This document shows, in pieces, positions 32,640 to 43,230 of a stretch of DNA of 64,000 bases. The translations under genes were made by a program, and so were the position numbers. The stretch spans positions 288,001-352,000 of the forward strand of contig CAWFKH010000004.1 in NCBI GenBank assembly GCA_963816355.1, read 5' to 3'. Numbering within the stretch: the first letter of the stretch is position 1; each line of letters opens with the position of its first letter. Source of the DNA: an uncultured Gemmatimonadales bacterium. GTDB lineage: Bacteria; Gemmatimonadota; Gemmatimonadetes; Longimicrobiales; RSA9. The notes beneath the pieces are model-generated. The model had not been told where the DNA came from. It saw only the letters and a program-made list of their open reading frames with translations, and made no database searches.

Positions 32640-33872
32640 CTAGAAGAAGAGCGTGAGGGCGACGTAGCCGTAGAGGGGCGTGGGTCCGAACGCGGAGGCG
32701 GGGAGCGCCGCCGCGCCGCCGAGCCCGCCCGTTCCGCCGGCCAGGTCGGGCCCCACGCCGAGAAACGCGCCGGCGCGCAGCGTGGCCTCTTCGCCGGCGG
32801 ACAGAGAGAGCGCGGGCGCCAGCAGGCCGCTGCCGTCGTCGACGCTGACGAGGGCGAGGAGGTCGGCGGTGAGCAGGGGGTGGAGCGCGTACGACGCCTG
32901 CGCGGCGAGCGCGTCGCGGGAGAGGAGCTGCAGCTCTCCTCGGCGCGCGGGCGCGGAGAGGGCGACCGCGGCGAGGTCGCGCGGGGCCGCGGCGCCGAAG
33001 TCGTCGTGCTGCGCTTCGAAGAGCAGATAGAGGTCGCGGCCAACGAACGTGACGCGGCGGTCCACGCCGAGCGCGAGGCGCACCGCGGCGCCGCCGCCGG
33101 GGTCGTGGCGCAGCTCGGTCTCGGCGCGGGCGCCCCAGGGCCCGAGCGCGCCGGCCGCGGCGAGCGCGGCGGCTGCGTGGCGGTCGAGAAGGCCGGTCCA
33201 GCCGGAGAGGGACCAGTCGCCGAGCGCGTGCTGCGCCCGGAGGAGGACGTCGGTGAGGCGGCCGTCGGGCGTCGTGCGGGTGCTCGCGACGGCGTCCACG
33301 CTGCTGAAGGGGCCGGGAAAGAACTGGAGGCGGAGCGCGTCGGTGCCCGCGCGGTACTCGCGGAACGGGTCCGTGGGGTCGAACGGCGCGAACGGGTCGG
33401 CGGGCGTGAGGAGGAGCGTGGTCGCCCAGGAGATCGCTTGCCGCCCGACGGTCGCCTGGAACCGGCCGCCGGAAAGGCCGATCGAAAGACGGTCGAAGCG
33501 GTGGCGCCACACGACGCGTGAGGCGTCGACGAGACTCCAGTCCAGGTCGCGGCGCGCGGCGGGCACGCGCACGCCGCCGAGCGCGACGGCGGTGGCGTCG
33601 TGGTCGCGCCAGAGGAGCGTGTGTTCGTAGGCGACGTCGAAGCGCAGGCTGCGCAGGCGCGGCGCGGCCATCAGGCGCAGCCGCTGGAAGTCCGTGGCGG
33701 CGCCGCTGCCGTAGATGCTCGGGCCGTAGGCGGAGACCACGCCGAGCGCGTAGCCGCGGACGGTGCGCTGCGCCGCCGCAGGGCGGGCGAGGGGGAGGAG
33801 CGCGGCGGCGAGCAGCGTCGCCGTGAGGATCATGGGAGGGCGGGACCGCGCCGGGCGGTCCGCGCCCGTCAC
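32640..33872 (-). CDS. Putative outer-membrane beta-barrel protein
   Basis: Signal peptide, amphipathic beta strands, VGRQAISW...DPF...GTDALR, C-terminal YVALTLFF. Confidence 0.65.
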   Translation of the reverse strand: MTGADRPARSRPPMILTATLLAAALLPLARPAAAQRTVRGYALGVVSAYGPSIYGSGAATDFQRLRLMAAPRLRSLRFDVAYEHTLLWRDHDATAVALGGVRVPAARRDLDWSLVDASRVVWRHRFDRLSIGLSGGRFQATVGRQAISWATTLLLTPADPFAPFDPTDPFREYRAGTDALRLQFFPGPFSSVDAVASTRTTPDGRLTDVLLRAQHALGDWSLSGWTGLLDRHAAAALAAAGALGPWGARAETELRHDPGGGAAVRLALGVDRRVTFVGRDLYLLFEAQHDDFGAAAPRDLAAVALSAPARRGELQLLSRDALAAQASYALHPLLTADLLALVSVDDGSGLLAPALSLSAGEEATLRAGAFLGVGPDLAGGTGGLGGAAALPASAFGPTPLYGYVALTLFF

Positions 33873-34633
33873 GGCCGGGGCCCGGCGGCGGCGCCGGTGT
33901 GGGGGTCGCGCGCGACGTCGCTCGCGATCGCGCCATCCACGAGGTGGATCAGCCGGTGGGCGCGATCCATGACGCGCGGATCGTGGGTCGAGAAGATGAA
34001 CGTGACGCCGCGCTCGTGGTTGAGACGCTCCATGACGCCGAGCAGCGCCTCGCTCGTGGCGGAGTCGAGATTCGCGGTCGGCTCGTCGGCGAGGACGAGG
34101 GAGGGCTCACCCACGACGGCGCGCGCGACCGCGACGCGCTGCTGCTGACCGCCGGACAGCTTGCCGGGCCGGCGGTCCTCGAGCCCTTCGAGGCCGATCT
34201 CGTCGAAGAGCGCGCGAACGCGCCGATGGCGCTCCTCCGCCGGGACGCCGCGCAGGAGGAGCGTGAATTCCGCGTTCTCGAGGGCGGTGAGCACGGGGAG
34301 CAGGTTGTACGCCTGGAAGACGAAGCCGATGCGCTCGAGCCGCATGCGGGCGAGCGCGCGATTGCCGAGCGACGTGGTCTCGGTGCCGCCGATCCATATG
34401 CGGCCGCGCGTCGCCCGCGTGAGGCCGCCGAGGAGGTTGAGCAGCGTCGTCTTCCCGGAGCCGGACGGCCCCGCCATCGCGACGAACTGGCCCGGCTCGA
34501 CGGAGAAGGTGACGCCGCGAACCGCCTGGACCGGCTCCGGCTCCTGCGGATAGACCTTCCACAGGTCCTCGGTGCGGACGGCGGACGCGCCATCGCCGGA
34601 GGCGGCGTCCGCCCGCGGACTCGTATCGCTCAT
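33869..34633 (-). CDS. ABC transporter ATP-binding protein (LolD/MacB type)
   Basis: GPSGSGKTT, LSGGQQQRV, ADEPTANLD, STHD. Confidence 0.93.
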   Translation of the reverse strand: MSDTSPRADAASGDGASAVRTEDLWKVYPQEPEPVQAVRGVTFSVEPGQFVAMAGPSGSGKTTLLNLLGGLTRATRGRIWIGGTETTSLGNRALARMRLERIGFVFQAYNLLPVLTALENAEFTLLLRGVPAEERHRRVRALFDEIGLEGLEDRRPGKLSGGQQQRVAVARAVVGEPSLVLADEPTANLDSATSEALLGVMERLNHERGVTFIFSTHDPRVMDRAHRLIHLVDGAIASDVARDPHTGAAAGPRP

Positions 34634-35868
34634 CGGTCGAACTTCATCGCTTCGGCCACGTCGATGCGCATCGCCTGACGGGCCGGGTAGAGGGAGGCGA
34701 GCACCCCTATGAGCATGATGAACGCCACGCTCTGCAGCACCTGCGCGGGGCGGAAGATCGGGACGATGATCGGGCTCACGACGGCGCCCGACAACGTGAT
34801 GTCGCTGCTGTAGAGCGCGCTCAGGTCGAGACCGTGCCGGAAGAAGCCCCACGTCACGCCGAAGCCGAGCGCCACGCCCAGCAGTCCGCTCAGCAGCGTC
34901 AGCAGCAGCCCCTCCGTGAAGACGACGGCGCCCGTCTCGCGCTTCGTGAGGCCGAGCGCCTCCAGCACGCCGAACTCCCGCGTGCGGTTCAACACCGACA
35001 TCAGCACCGCGTTCAGCACCGCCAGCGCGATGATCCCGAACAGGATCGCATGGAAGACGTAGTCGCCGAAATCGTCGATGCGCACGGCCGAATCGAGCTC
35101 CGGCGAGGCCTCCCGCCACGAGAGGACCCGCACGCCGCCGTCGAGCCGCGGCCGCAGATCCCGGATCACCGCCGGAACGTCCCGGCTCGACTGCAGCAGG
35201 ACCGCGACGCGCGTCGCGCCGCCGGGCACCCGCAGCCACTCCCGTGCCGTCGCGATCGGGACGTGCACCAGACCCTCGTCCAGCTCCGGAATCCCCGTTC
35301 GGAACGTCCCGACGACGCGCAGCAACTGGTCCGCGATCTGCCCCGACGCGTCCTGCGCGCTCACCACGAGGCGCGACCCGATGCGCAGCCCGAGCCGCTC
35401 CGCGAGCGACACCCCGATGTACGCGGCGAGACGGTCCGACGAGCGCAGATAACGTCCTTCGACGCGCTTCCGGTCGAGCGCCGAGAACGACGCCTCGCGC
35501 GCCGGGTCGACCCCCATGACCTGCACCGGCACCGCCGAACCCGGCGAGCTCGCGAGGGCGCTCACCCCCAGTTGCACCGCGCTCGCAACCATGCGCGCCG
35601 CCACCGCCCGATCGCCCAGCGCCGCCTCCGCTTCGGCAACCTGCGCCGAGTCCAGCCGATCGGTCAGGCTGCCGCTTCGCAGATAGCCGGGCGCCTCCAC
35701 CGCCACGTGACCCGGCCCGAGCCGGACCCCGTCCCCGATCCACTGCTCGTGCGCGCCGTCCGCGATCGCACGCGACATCATCAGCAGCGCGAGCCCCAGC
35801 ACCATCGCCGACGCGGTCAGCAGGCTCCGGCGCGCCTGCCGCAGCGTGTTCCGCGCCGCAAGCCGCAC
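34630..35868 (-). CDS. ABC transporter permease (FtsX/LolC-like)
   Basis: ARNTLRQARRSLLT, RTREFGVLEALG, LYPARQAMRIDVAEAM. The true start may lie upstream, across a G7 run near 35885. Confidence 0.88.
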   Translation of the reverse strand: MRLAARNTLRQARRSLLTASAMVLGLALLMMSRAIADGAHEQWIGDGVRLGPGHVAVEAPGYLRSGSLTDRLDSAQVAEAEAALGDRAVAARMVASAVQLGVSALASSPGSAVPVQVMGVDPAREASFSALDRKRVEGRYLRSSDRLAAYIGVSLAERLGLRIGSRLVVSAQDASGQIADQLLRVVGTFRTGIPELDEGLVHVPIATAREWLRVPGGATRVAVLLQSSRDVPAVIRDLRPRLDGGVRVLSWREASPELDSAVRIDDFGDYVFHAILFGIIALAVLNAVLMSVLNRTREFGVLEALGLTKRETGAVVFTEGLLLTLLSGLLGVALGFGVTWGFFRHGLDLSALYSSDITLSGAVVSPIIVPIFRPAQVLQSVAFIMLIGVLASLYPARQAMRIDVAEAMKFDR

Positions 35869-35981
35869 CAGCAGCGCGACGCGCCCCCCCGACCCGCGCC
35901 TCGCCTCGCCGCGCGCCCCCCTCGCCGCGGGCCCCCTCGCCGCGCGCGCTCACCTCGCGCCTCGCCTCGCCACGCGCCCTC

Positions 35982-37240
35982 TCAGCGCCCCGCCAGCGCG
36001 TCGGCCGGCGGCACCCGCGTCGCCCGCCACGCGGGATACGCCGCCGCCACCACCGCCGTCGCCAGCAGCGCCGCCGCGCTCCACAATGGGCGCCGACCAT
36101 GACGGCTCCACCCGCAGCACCGGCCGGATCAGCGCACCCGCCATCGTGAAGCCGCCGAAGAGGAAGCCGAGATCCGGCGGCGAGCGCTGCCACCACGCCA
36201 GCAGCGGCACCGTCACCGCCGACCCCGCCGCCAGCGACAACAGCCCGAGCAGCACGCCCTTCGTAGACGACCGTCCGGCCGACGCCGTCCGGCGTCGTGC
36301 CGAGCGCCCGCACGACGGCGAACTCGCGCCGCCGCTCGAAGGTCGCCATCAGCATCGTGTTGGCGACGCCGAAGATCGCCATGGCGAACACGATGAGGAT
36401 GATGATCCAGTTGCTGGAGCGGGCGAGTTGTGCATAATCCGCCAGTTCCGGGCGGAATTTCAACCACGGCTCGACGACGGTGCCAGGAGTGAGGCGGGAA
36501 ACGGGGGGCTGGAGGCGGGCGGCGACGGCGGCGGCGGACCACGGGTCGCGGAGCGAGAGCGCGACCTCGTGGACACGGTTCGGCGCCAGGGCGAGCAGCG
36601 TCTGGAGCGAGCCGATGGGGAGGAGGGCGGAACCGGCGTCGAGCGAGAGCACGCCGGTATGGAAGACGCCGCTCACGGTGAAGAGGTCGTTGCCGATGGA
36701 GCCGTCGGCGGCGGGGGCGACGAGGACGACCTGGGAGCCGGGGCGGACGTGGAGCTTGCGGGCCATCTCGTCGCCGATCGCGACGTCGCGAGCGCCGCGG
36801 GCGGGGGGTCGGCCGCGGACGATGGCGGCGAGGAGGCGGGAGACGCGAGGCTCGCGAGCGAGGTCGACGCCGAGCAGGACGGCGGCGGTCGTTTCGTCGC
36901 GGGCGCTGACGAGGCCGCCGCCGTAGACGCGAGGTGCGGCGGCGACGACGGCGGGGTCGGCGCGCAGGGAGTCGAGAAGGGCGTCGACGTCGGCGCCCTC
37001 GTCTCCGCCGAGGGTGGCGTAGAGGTCGCGCTCGGGGAGGAAGTCGGCGGCGTGGACCTGGATCTGAGAGGAGAAGAGGCCGGTGCCGTTCTCGATCATC
37101 TCGGCGACGATACCGTCGGAGAGGGCGACGATGAGGACGGCGGAGAGGAAGCCGAAGGCGAGGGCGCCGGCGGTGATGAGGGTGCGTCGGGGGTTGCGCC
37201 AGAGGTTGCGCCAGGCGATGCGCCACCAGATGCCGCGCAC
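35982..37240 (-). CDS. ABC transporter permease (FtsX/LolE-like), two apparent +1 frameshifts
   Basis: AWRNLWRNPRRT...ERRREFAVVRALG. An extra G near 36258 and another near 36081; corrected, it ends AAYPAWRATRVPPADALAGR*. Confidence 0.8.
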
Positions 37241-37245
37241 GGGCG

Positions 37246-38053
37246 TCAGCTCCCTCTGAGGTTGCGGAGGGAGAAGAACGACGGCTGCAGCCCGACGTCG
37301 AAGGCGAGGTCCTCGTAGAGGAGGATCGTGTGCTCCTCCGGCTTGTCGGCGGGGAGGACGGTCATGCGCGCGGGGACGAGGCGGCCTCCCATGCGGAGGT
37401 AGTCGCCGAAGGTGATGGTGCGGACGAGGTTGCCGTCCTCGTCGTAGTAGCGCGCCCACGTGGGCATGTCGTCCTTCGTGCGGACCTGCTCGACGATGCG
37501 GCCCCAGACGACGGCGGCCTCCGGCTTCGGCGTCAGCTCGAACTCCCAGACGTCGACGCCGTCGCGCGGGCCCCGGTAGGCGATCGCGATGTCGTAGTCG
37601 TCGACGACGCGGCTCTCCTTGACGAGGTCGTCGTTGGTGAGGTGGGACCCCATCCACGACCCCATCATGAGTGAAGGCGGGATCTTGATGGTGCGGTCGA
37701 CCCTGCGGCAGGTAGTTCCAGACCTCGTCCTTCGCCTTCAGCGTGGCGGTGCCCGCCTCCTTCTGCGGCGAGACGACGCGGATCAGGCTGTACTCGGTGC
37801 CGAGCGACCACACCTTCATCTCGAGCGAGCGGCTCCAGTGCGCGGTCACGATCTGCATCACGACGGTGCCGCGGCTGGAAGCGCCCCGCAGCAGCCGGTC
37901 CACCCGGTCGACGATCTCGCGCGCCGTCTGCGCCGCAGCCTCTCGCGGGTATCCCAGCGAGAGCAGGAGCAGCACGGCCGCGGCCCAAGCCGCGCGCCCC
38001 GTGCCTCTCGCCGGCCCTCGCCGCCTCGCCTCGCCGCGACGGACCCCTCTCAC
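37246..38053 (-). CDS. LolA-like outer membrane lipoprotein-sorting protein, apparent frameshift near 37705
   Basis: SPQKEAGTATLK...WNYLP, then in a shifted frame DRTIKIP...SWMGSHLTNDDL...FFSLRNL. Confidence 0.8.
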
Positions 38054-38694
38054 GTTCGCTCCCCTCGCGGTCGCGCATCCAGAATGCCGCGGAACAGAGA
38101 AAGCTCGGCGCCGATCATGCGCTCGCGCTCGCGCTCCGACAGCCCCTCCCAGTTCTCCAGCAGCCAGCGGTCCCCCGCTTCGCCGAGCGCCATCGTCGCC
38201 TCCACCAGAAAGTCGAGCGGCAGGTCGACCCGCACCACCCCCAGCTCCTGCCCCCGAACGATCGTCGCCCGCGTCCAGTGCCGAACGAGGTCGAAGAGCC
38301 GGCGAGTCCGCCGCCCACCCCCCGGCTCCCCCCGCATGCGATAGAACGCCCGCGCCAGCCGCACGTACCACGCGTTGCTCTCCAGATACGCCGTGGAGCG
38401 GCGGAAGAAACCCTCCAGCGCCGGCCAGAACCCGGCCGCCGTCATCTCCTCCAGCCGGAAACCGCCGACCAGCCGGATCGCGAGCTCCGTCGCCCGCTCC
38501 ATCACCGTCGAATAGAGATCGCTCTTGTCCTCGAAGTAGTAGTAGAGCGAGCCCTTGCTGATCCCCGATCGCTCGATGATCCGGTTCAGCGACGCCGCCT
38601 CGTAGCCCCGATCCGCGAACTCGTCCGCCGCCGCGCGCAGGATGCTCTCCTGCCGTCCGGGCTCGAGCTTCTCGAATCGGGAACGCGCCATCAT
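38050..38694 (-). CDS. TetR/AcrR family regulator
   Basis: ILRAAADEFADRGY...SKGSLYYYFEDKSDL HTH. Confidence 0.92.
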   Translation of the reverse strand: MMARSRFEKLEPGRQESILRAAADEFADRGYEAASLNRIIERSGISKGSLYYYFEDKSDLYSTVMERATELAIRLVGGFRLEEMTAAGFWPALEGFFRRSTAYLESNAWYVRLARAFYRMRGEPGGGRRTRRLFDLVRHWTRATIVRGQELGVVRVDLPLDFLVEATMALGEAGDRWLLENWEGLSERERERMIGAELSLFRGILDARPRGERT

Positions 38695-38793
38695 CGCCTC
38701 GTCGACTTCGCCCGCGCCTTCCCGGCGCGCCGCGGCGGCCGCCTCCGACGGCGGCGCTGTCCCGGCCGCGTCCGACGGTGGCGTACCGGGTCA

Positions 38794-38856
38794 CCATACC
38801 GTTCGGTTCGACCGTGTGGTCTAAGAGAAGCTCGCGCGTGGACGAGCCGGTGTCAA
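38794..38856 (-). promoter_or_regulatory. Possible sigma70 promoter and TetR operator
   Basis: Minus strand TTGACA-17-GAGCTT, followed by the short palindromes gaccgtgtggtc and accgttcggt. Confidence 0.35.
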
Positions 38857-38870
38857 GCGGGTCGCGGTGC

Positions 38871-39827
38871 CTAGTTGACGTCGAAGTGGAGGACGAGGTA
38901 GGTGCCGCCGTCGTGGTCGGGGGCGAAGCGTAGGTGCCCGAGGAGGGCGCGGTCGATGAAGTTGTCGCGGTGGGAGTGCATGTAGCGGACGATCTTCCAG
39001 CCGCTGAAGGAGCCGATGGCGGCGCCCATCATGACATCGCTGGCCCAGTGCTTGTTGTTGTACATGCGGGAGAGGCCGGCGAGGGAAGCGCCGCCGTAGA
39101 GGACGAATCCGACGAGGGTCTTGTGGTCGGGCCACCAGATGGCGGCCTCGTGGGCCATGGAGGAAGCGAGGGCGAAGGCGGCGGTGGTGTGGCCGGAGGG
39201 GAAGGAGCGATAGGTATCGGATCGAAAGCCGCGGCCCGCCTCGAAATCGAAGGGCTGGTCGGGGTCCTGGAAGGGGCGGCCGCGGCCGGCGACGCCCTTG
39301 ATGAGGTCGGTGATGATCTCGCTGACGATGATCGCCTCGGTGCTGTGCAGGCCGGCGTCGGCGACGCGGCGGAGGCCGGCGACGCGGCCGACGACGTACA
39401 TGGAGCCGCCGATGATCTCGGCGCCGGGCACGGCCATGAGGCGAGTGAAGGTGGCGCCCTGGTTGAGGAGATGGTTGGCCTGGGGCGCGGGGCGCTGGAG
39501 GAACTGGGCGAGGTTCCGGTCGAGCGGGTAGAGCACGAGCGTGCCGACGATGAAGCCGCCGGCGAAATAGAGGTCGCGCGGCGTGAAGAGCGGCTCGTTG
39601 GCGACGGTGCCGGTCGTGCTGTCCGGCGGCGTGGTGTCAGCGGCGGCGGCGCAGCAGTGGGCGGGCAGGAGGAGGAGCGCGACGGGCGCGTCGCCGTCCG
39701 AGGGCGTGAAGCGGACCGCCTGGGAAAGCGGCGGCGCGGGAGCGTAGGCCGCGGGAGCGGAGGTCGCGCCCGCGGGGGCCGCGGCGATCAGTAAGGCGAA
39801 GGTGCACAACGCTATGGAGTAACGCAT
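38871..39827 (-). CDS. PAP2 family phosphatase
   Basis: KGVAGRGRP, SFPSGH, SRMYNNKHWASD. Confidence 0.88.
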   Translation of the reverse strand: MRYSIALCTFALLIAAAPAGATSAPAAYAPAPPLSQAVRFTPSDGDAPVALLLLPAHCCAAAADTTPPDSTTGTVANEPLFTPRDLYFAGGFIVGTLVLYPLDRNLAQFLQRPAPQANHLLNQGATFTRLMAVPGAEIIGGSMYVVGRVAGLRRVADAGLHSTEAIIVSEIITDLIKGVAGRGRPFQDPDQPFDFEAGRGFRSDTYRSFPSGHTTAAFALASSMAHEAAIWWPDHKTLVGFVLYGGASLAGLSRMYNNKHWASDVMMGAAIGSFSGWKIVRYMHSHRDNFIDRALLGHLRFAPDHDGGTYLVLHFDVN

Positions 39828-39876
39828 GGCGTCGATCCCCGATGGCGATTCGGTGTCGCGATCGCGGGTCCAGTGA

Positions 39877-39892
39877 TGCCGACTTCGTGCCA
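39877..39892 (-). promoter_or_regulatory. Sigma54-type promoter
   Basis: Minus strand TGGCACGAAGTCGGCA, 50 bp upstream of the PAP2 start. Confidence 0.55.
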
Positions 39893-39959
39893 GCGCGTCG
39901 GAGAAGGGCGGGGCGACGTGCCGGGCGCGGGCGCGGCGACGGCGCGGCGTCGCCGCCGC

Positions 39960-42246
39960 TCATCGGGCGGCGAGGGCGCGCACGAGGCGGGCGAGGGCGA
40001 CGACGTCGCCGAGGTCCGCCACCTCCGCGGGGGAGTGGGAGTAGCGGCCGGGCCACGACAGCGGGACGGCGGTCGCTCCGGCGGGGACGAACGGGGCCGC
40101 GTCGCTGCCGCCGTTGGTGGTACCGACCTGGATCGGGATGTGGTGCTCGGCGGCGAGGCGGAGAACGTCGTCGATGGCGTCGCGGGGAGTGAGCGTGGCG
40201 CTGTCGAGCGCGCGCACGACGGCGCCGTCGCCGAGCGGCTGGTCGGCGAAGCGGGTGGATTCGAGAGGCGCGTCGGAGCTGACGAAGGTGTCGACGGCGT
40301 AGACGCGGGCGAGGTCGGCCATCGCGGTGTCGGCGGCGAGCGCACGGGATCCGTGCAGGCCGGTCTCCTCCTCGACCACCCAGGCGAACGTGACGCGGCG
40401 CCGCAGCGCGGCGGGATCCAGGTCGCGCAGCGCGAGAAGCAGCGCGGCATCACCGGCGCGGTCGTCGAAGCCGCGGGCCACGGCGCGGCGGGGGCCGAGC
40501 CGGAGCATCCGCTTGGGCATGGTGACCGTCTGTCCCGCGCGGAGGCCGAGCCGCGCGGCGGCGGCCGCATCGGAGGCGCCGGCGAAGAGGGTGAGCGGCG
40601 CGGCCGGCTCGCGGTGCGTCGCGTCGCGCCAGTCGGGGCGCGGCTCGACGATTCCGGCGACATCGCCGGCGGGGGTGTGGACGAGCGCCGCCTGCGCCTC
40701 CCAGAGCGAGGGATAGAAGCCGCCGAGACGGCCGAGGACGAGGCGGCCGTCGGGCCGTACCGAGTCCACGCGGAAGCCCACTTCGTCCATGTGGGCGATG
40801 AACGCGACGTGCGGCGCCCCGCTCCCGACCGTCACGATCAGGTTGCCTCGGGCGTCGACGCGCGGCCGCGCCCAGGAGGGAAGAAGGGAGCGGATGCGCT
40901 GGCGGACCGGCGCCTCGTCGCCGCTGACGCCGTAGCGCGCCACGAGCGCGCCGAGGACCACGGCGGCCGCATCCATGCGATCGCCGCCCTGCGGCGTCGC
41001 GGCGGCCTCCTCGCCGGACGACGCCAGACCCAGCGCGGGGGGCAGGACGAGCGCGGGAGCCCGCGCGCTCGACGTGGGCGGAGCCCCGGCCGCGGCGACG
41101 AAGGCGTCGGCGAGCGCGGCCACATCCGAGAGCGCGACCATCTCCACGGGTGTGTCGGCGTAGCGTGCGGGCAGGCCGAGGTACCCGACGCGGGCCTGCC
41201 CCCACTCCGGCCCCCCGGTGTACGGCGCCGGCGGAGGTGCCGCGTGGGAGGCGGTGTGGGCGCCGGACGCCGCGCCCCCGACAGCGCCCGCCGCAAGCAC
41301 TCCGGCGCCGGGTGGAGGCGCCGCCGCCTCGCGCAACGCCCTGCCCCGCCGCTCCAGGCCGAAGCCCTCGCTCGTCAGCAGGACCTGGTCGAAGGGGCCC
41401 GCCTCGCGCGCCACCCGCTCGATGCCGCGCCGGCCGGCGTGCTCCAGCACCGTCCACGCGAATACGACGCTGCCGGTCGATCCGCCCGCGCTCACCCGCC
41501 GCGCGGCCGCCGCGAGCGCGACGCACGCCGCCTTCGCCCGCGCCGCCGGAGCCGCGAGCCGGCCGCCGGCCAACATCATCGGCCGCTTCACCAGCGTCAC
41601 CGGATCGAGCAGGCGTATCCCCAGCGCGCGCACGCCCGCCGCGTCGCTCGCGCCCACGTCGACGTACGCGTCCTCGAGGTCGAACGGCGCGTCTGCCGGC
41701 GACCGACCGCGCTGCAGGTGGACGGAGCGCACGCCCACCGCCCCCGGAACGGTGCCGCCGGCCGTGCCCACCTCCACTACCTGGCCCTCGCGGAACTGGT
41801 CCCACAGCGCCCCGCGCGGCGCGCCCACCGCCTTGAGCCTGAGATAGCCGTCCGCCCCGATCGCGCCCACCACGTACCCCGGTTCGTCCAGCGAGCACGC
41901 GAGCAGACGCCGGGGCCGTCCGTGCCCGAACTCGACGAGCACGTTGCCCATGCCGTCGCGCCGCACCGGCAGGCCCGCCAGGCGGCCGGCGATGTAGCGC
42001 GCCGCGGCCGCTTCGTGTCCCGCGACGCTCGCGATCCGCAGCAGCCCTTCCACCTCGCGCGCCAGCATGGAGTCCACCGCAGCCCCTCGCGCCGGGCGCG
42101 GCATCGCGTCATCGGCCGGCGCCGCGGCCCCGGCGGAGACGGCGGCGCCCGCGGCGCCGCGCGCCGGCGCCCACGGCGCCTGCGACGGTGACGACGGCGA
42201 CGACGAGGGCGAGCTCGACCGGGAGCGCGCGCAGGTATCGTTTCAT
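39960..42246 (-). CDS. Tandem two-domain M42 (TET/Frv) aminopeptidase-like protein; signal peptide probably joined across a frameshift near 42155
   Basis: The C-terminal domain has AHMDEVGF, FDDRAG, VEEETG and YSHSPAE. The N-terminal copy is degenerate. The short ORF MKRYLRALPVELALVVAVV (42246) looks like the leader. Confidence 0.8.
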
Positions 42247-42298
42247 GGCGTGCAGAGTACGCCGTGTCCCCGCGAGGAACAAGCGCGTGCCGCGGCCC

Positions 42299-42327
42299 TT
42301 GACGGTCGACCGCGGGGGCGGGATCAT
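42299..42327 (+). promoter_or_regulatory. Possible sigma70 promoter of arsR-trxC
   Basis: TTGACG-17-GATCAT followed by an AT-rich stretch. Confidence 0.35.
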
Positions 42328-42359
42328 TCTACTGTATATCTCACCAGTTGAGCGAAGAG

Positions 42360-42692
42360 ATGGCCCGATTCGAGTTGACGCCGGAGGTGATGACGAGGGT
42401 CGCGGAGCGCTTCAAGGCGCTGGGCGAGCCGACGCGGCTGCGAATTCTGAACGCGCTGCGGCACGGGGAGCGGAACGTGTCGGAAGTGATGGAGGCGACG
42501 GGTCTCAGCCAGGCGAACGTGTCGAAGCACCTCCAACTGCTGCACACGCTGCGGTACGTGGAGCGGCGGCGAGAGGGTCTCTACGTGCACTACCGGATTG
42601 CGGACGAGAGCGTGTTCGAGCTGTGCGAGATCGTGTGTGGCCGGTTGGAGGCGGAGACGGAGGAGCTGCGGTCGCAGCTCGGCGCGGAATGA
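42360..42692 (+). CDS. ArsR/SmtB family regulator
   Basis: FKALGEPTRLRIL, SQANVSKHL. Confidence 0.9.
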   Translation: MARFELTPEVMTRVAERFKALGEPTRLRILNALRHGERNVSEVMEATGLSQANVSKHLQLLHTLRYVERRREGLYVHYRIADESVFELCEIVCGRLEAETEELRSQLGAE

Positions 42693-42726
42693 AGGCGGCG
42701 TCCACGGTGGCGTGTTCGAGGTGAAG

Positions 42727-43170
42727 ATGGGCGAGACGGCGGTGCGGCGAGCGACGGTGGAGTGCGTGTTCTGTGGGACGATGAACCGCGTGGACCTGGA
42801 ACGGGCGGCGGACCGGCCGAAGTGCGGGGAATGCGGGCGGCCGATCCTGCTGGACCGTCCAGTGCGGGTGACGGACGCGGGCCTGGCGCGCGTGGTGGCG
42901 GATGCGACGGTGCCGTTGATGGTGGATTTCTACGCGGACTGGTGCGGTCCGTGCAAGGTGATGGCGCCGCTGCTGGACGAGTTGGCGCGAGCGCGGATGG
43001 GGCGGCTGCTGGTGGCGAAGCTGGACACGGACCGGAACCCGGAGGCGACGCGTCGCTATGGGATCCAGTCCATCCCGACGCTGGTGTTGTTCCGCGATGG
43101 CGAGGAGGCGGCGCGCGAGGTGGGAGCGATCCCGCGGCAGCGTCTGGAGGCGCTGGTCGCCGACGCCTGA
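42727..43170 (+). CDS. trxC: Thioredoxin 2 (zinc-finger thioredoxin)
   Basis: Two N-terminal CxxC motifs (CVFC, CGEC) plus WCGPC. Confidence 0.9.
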   Translation: MGETAVRRATVECVFCGTMNRVDLERAADRPKCGECGRPILLDRPVRVTDAGLARVVADATVPLMVDFYADWCGPCKVMAPLLDELARARMGRLLVAKLDTDRNPEATRRYGIQSIPTLVLFRDGEEAAREVGAIPRQRLEALVADA

Positions 43171-43230
43171 CGTGATTCCCTTTCCCGGGCGATTCCGAAG
43201 ATAGTCAAGAGAGCTTCCCCAGGGGCGGAA

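Noticed and set aside
33869..38797. 1642-aa ORF as a giant LolA-permease-ATPase fusion
   Set aside because: It threads through separate genes by chance and through the indels. The intervening stretches are off-frame Arg/Gly-rich text.
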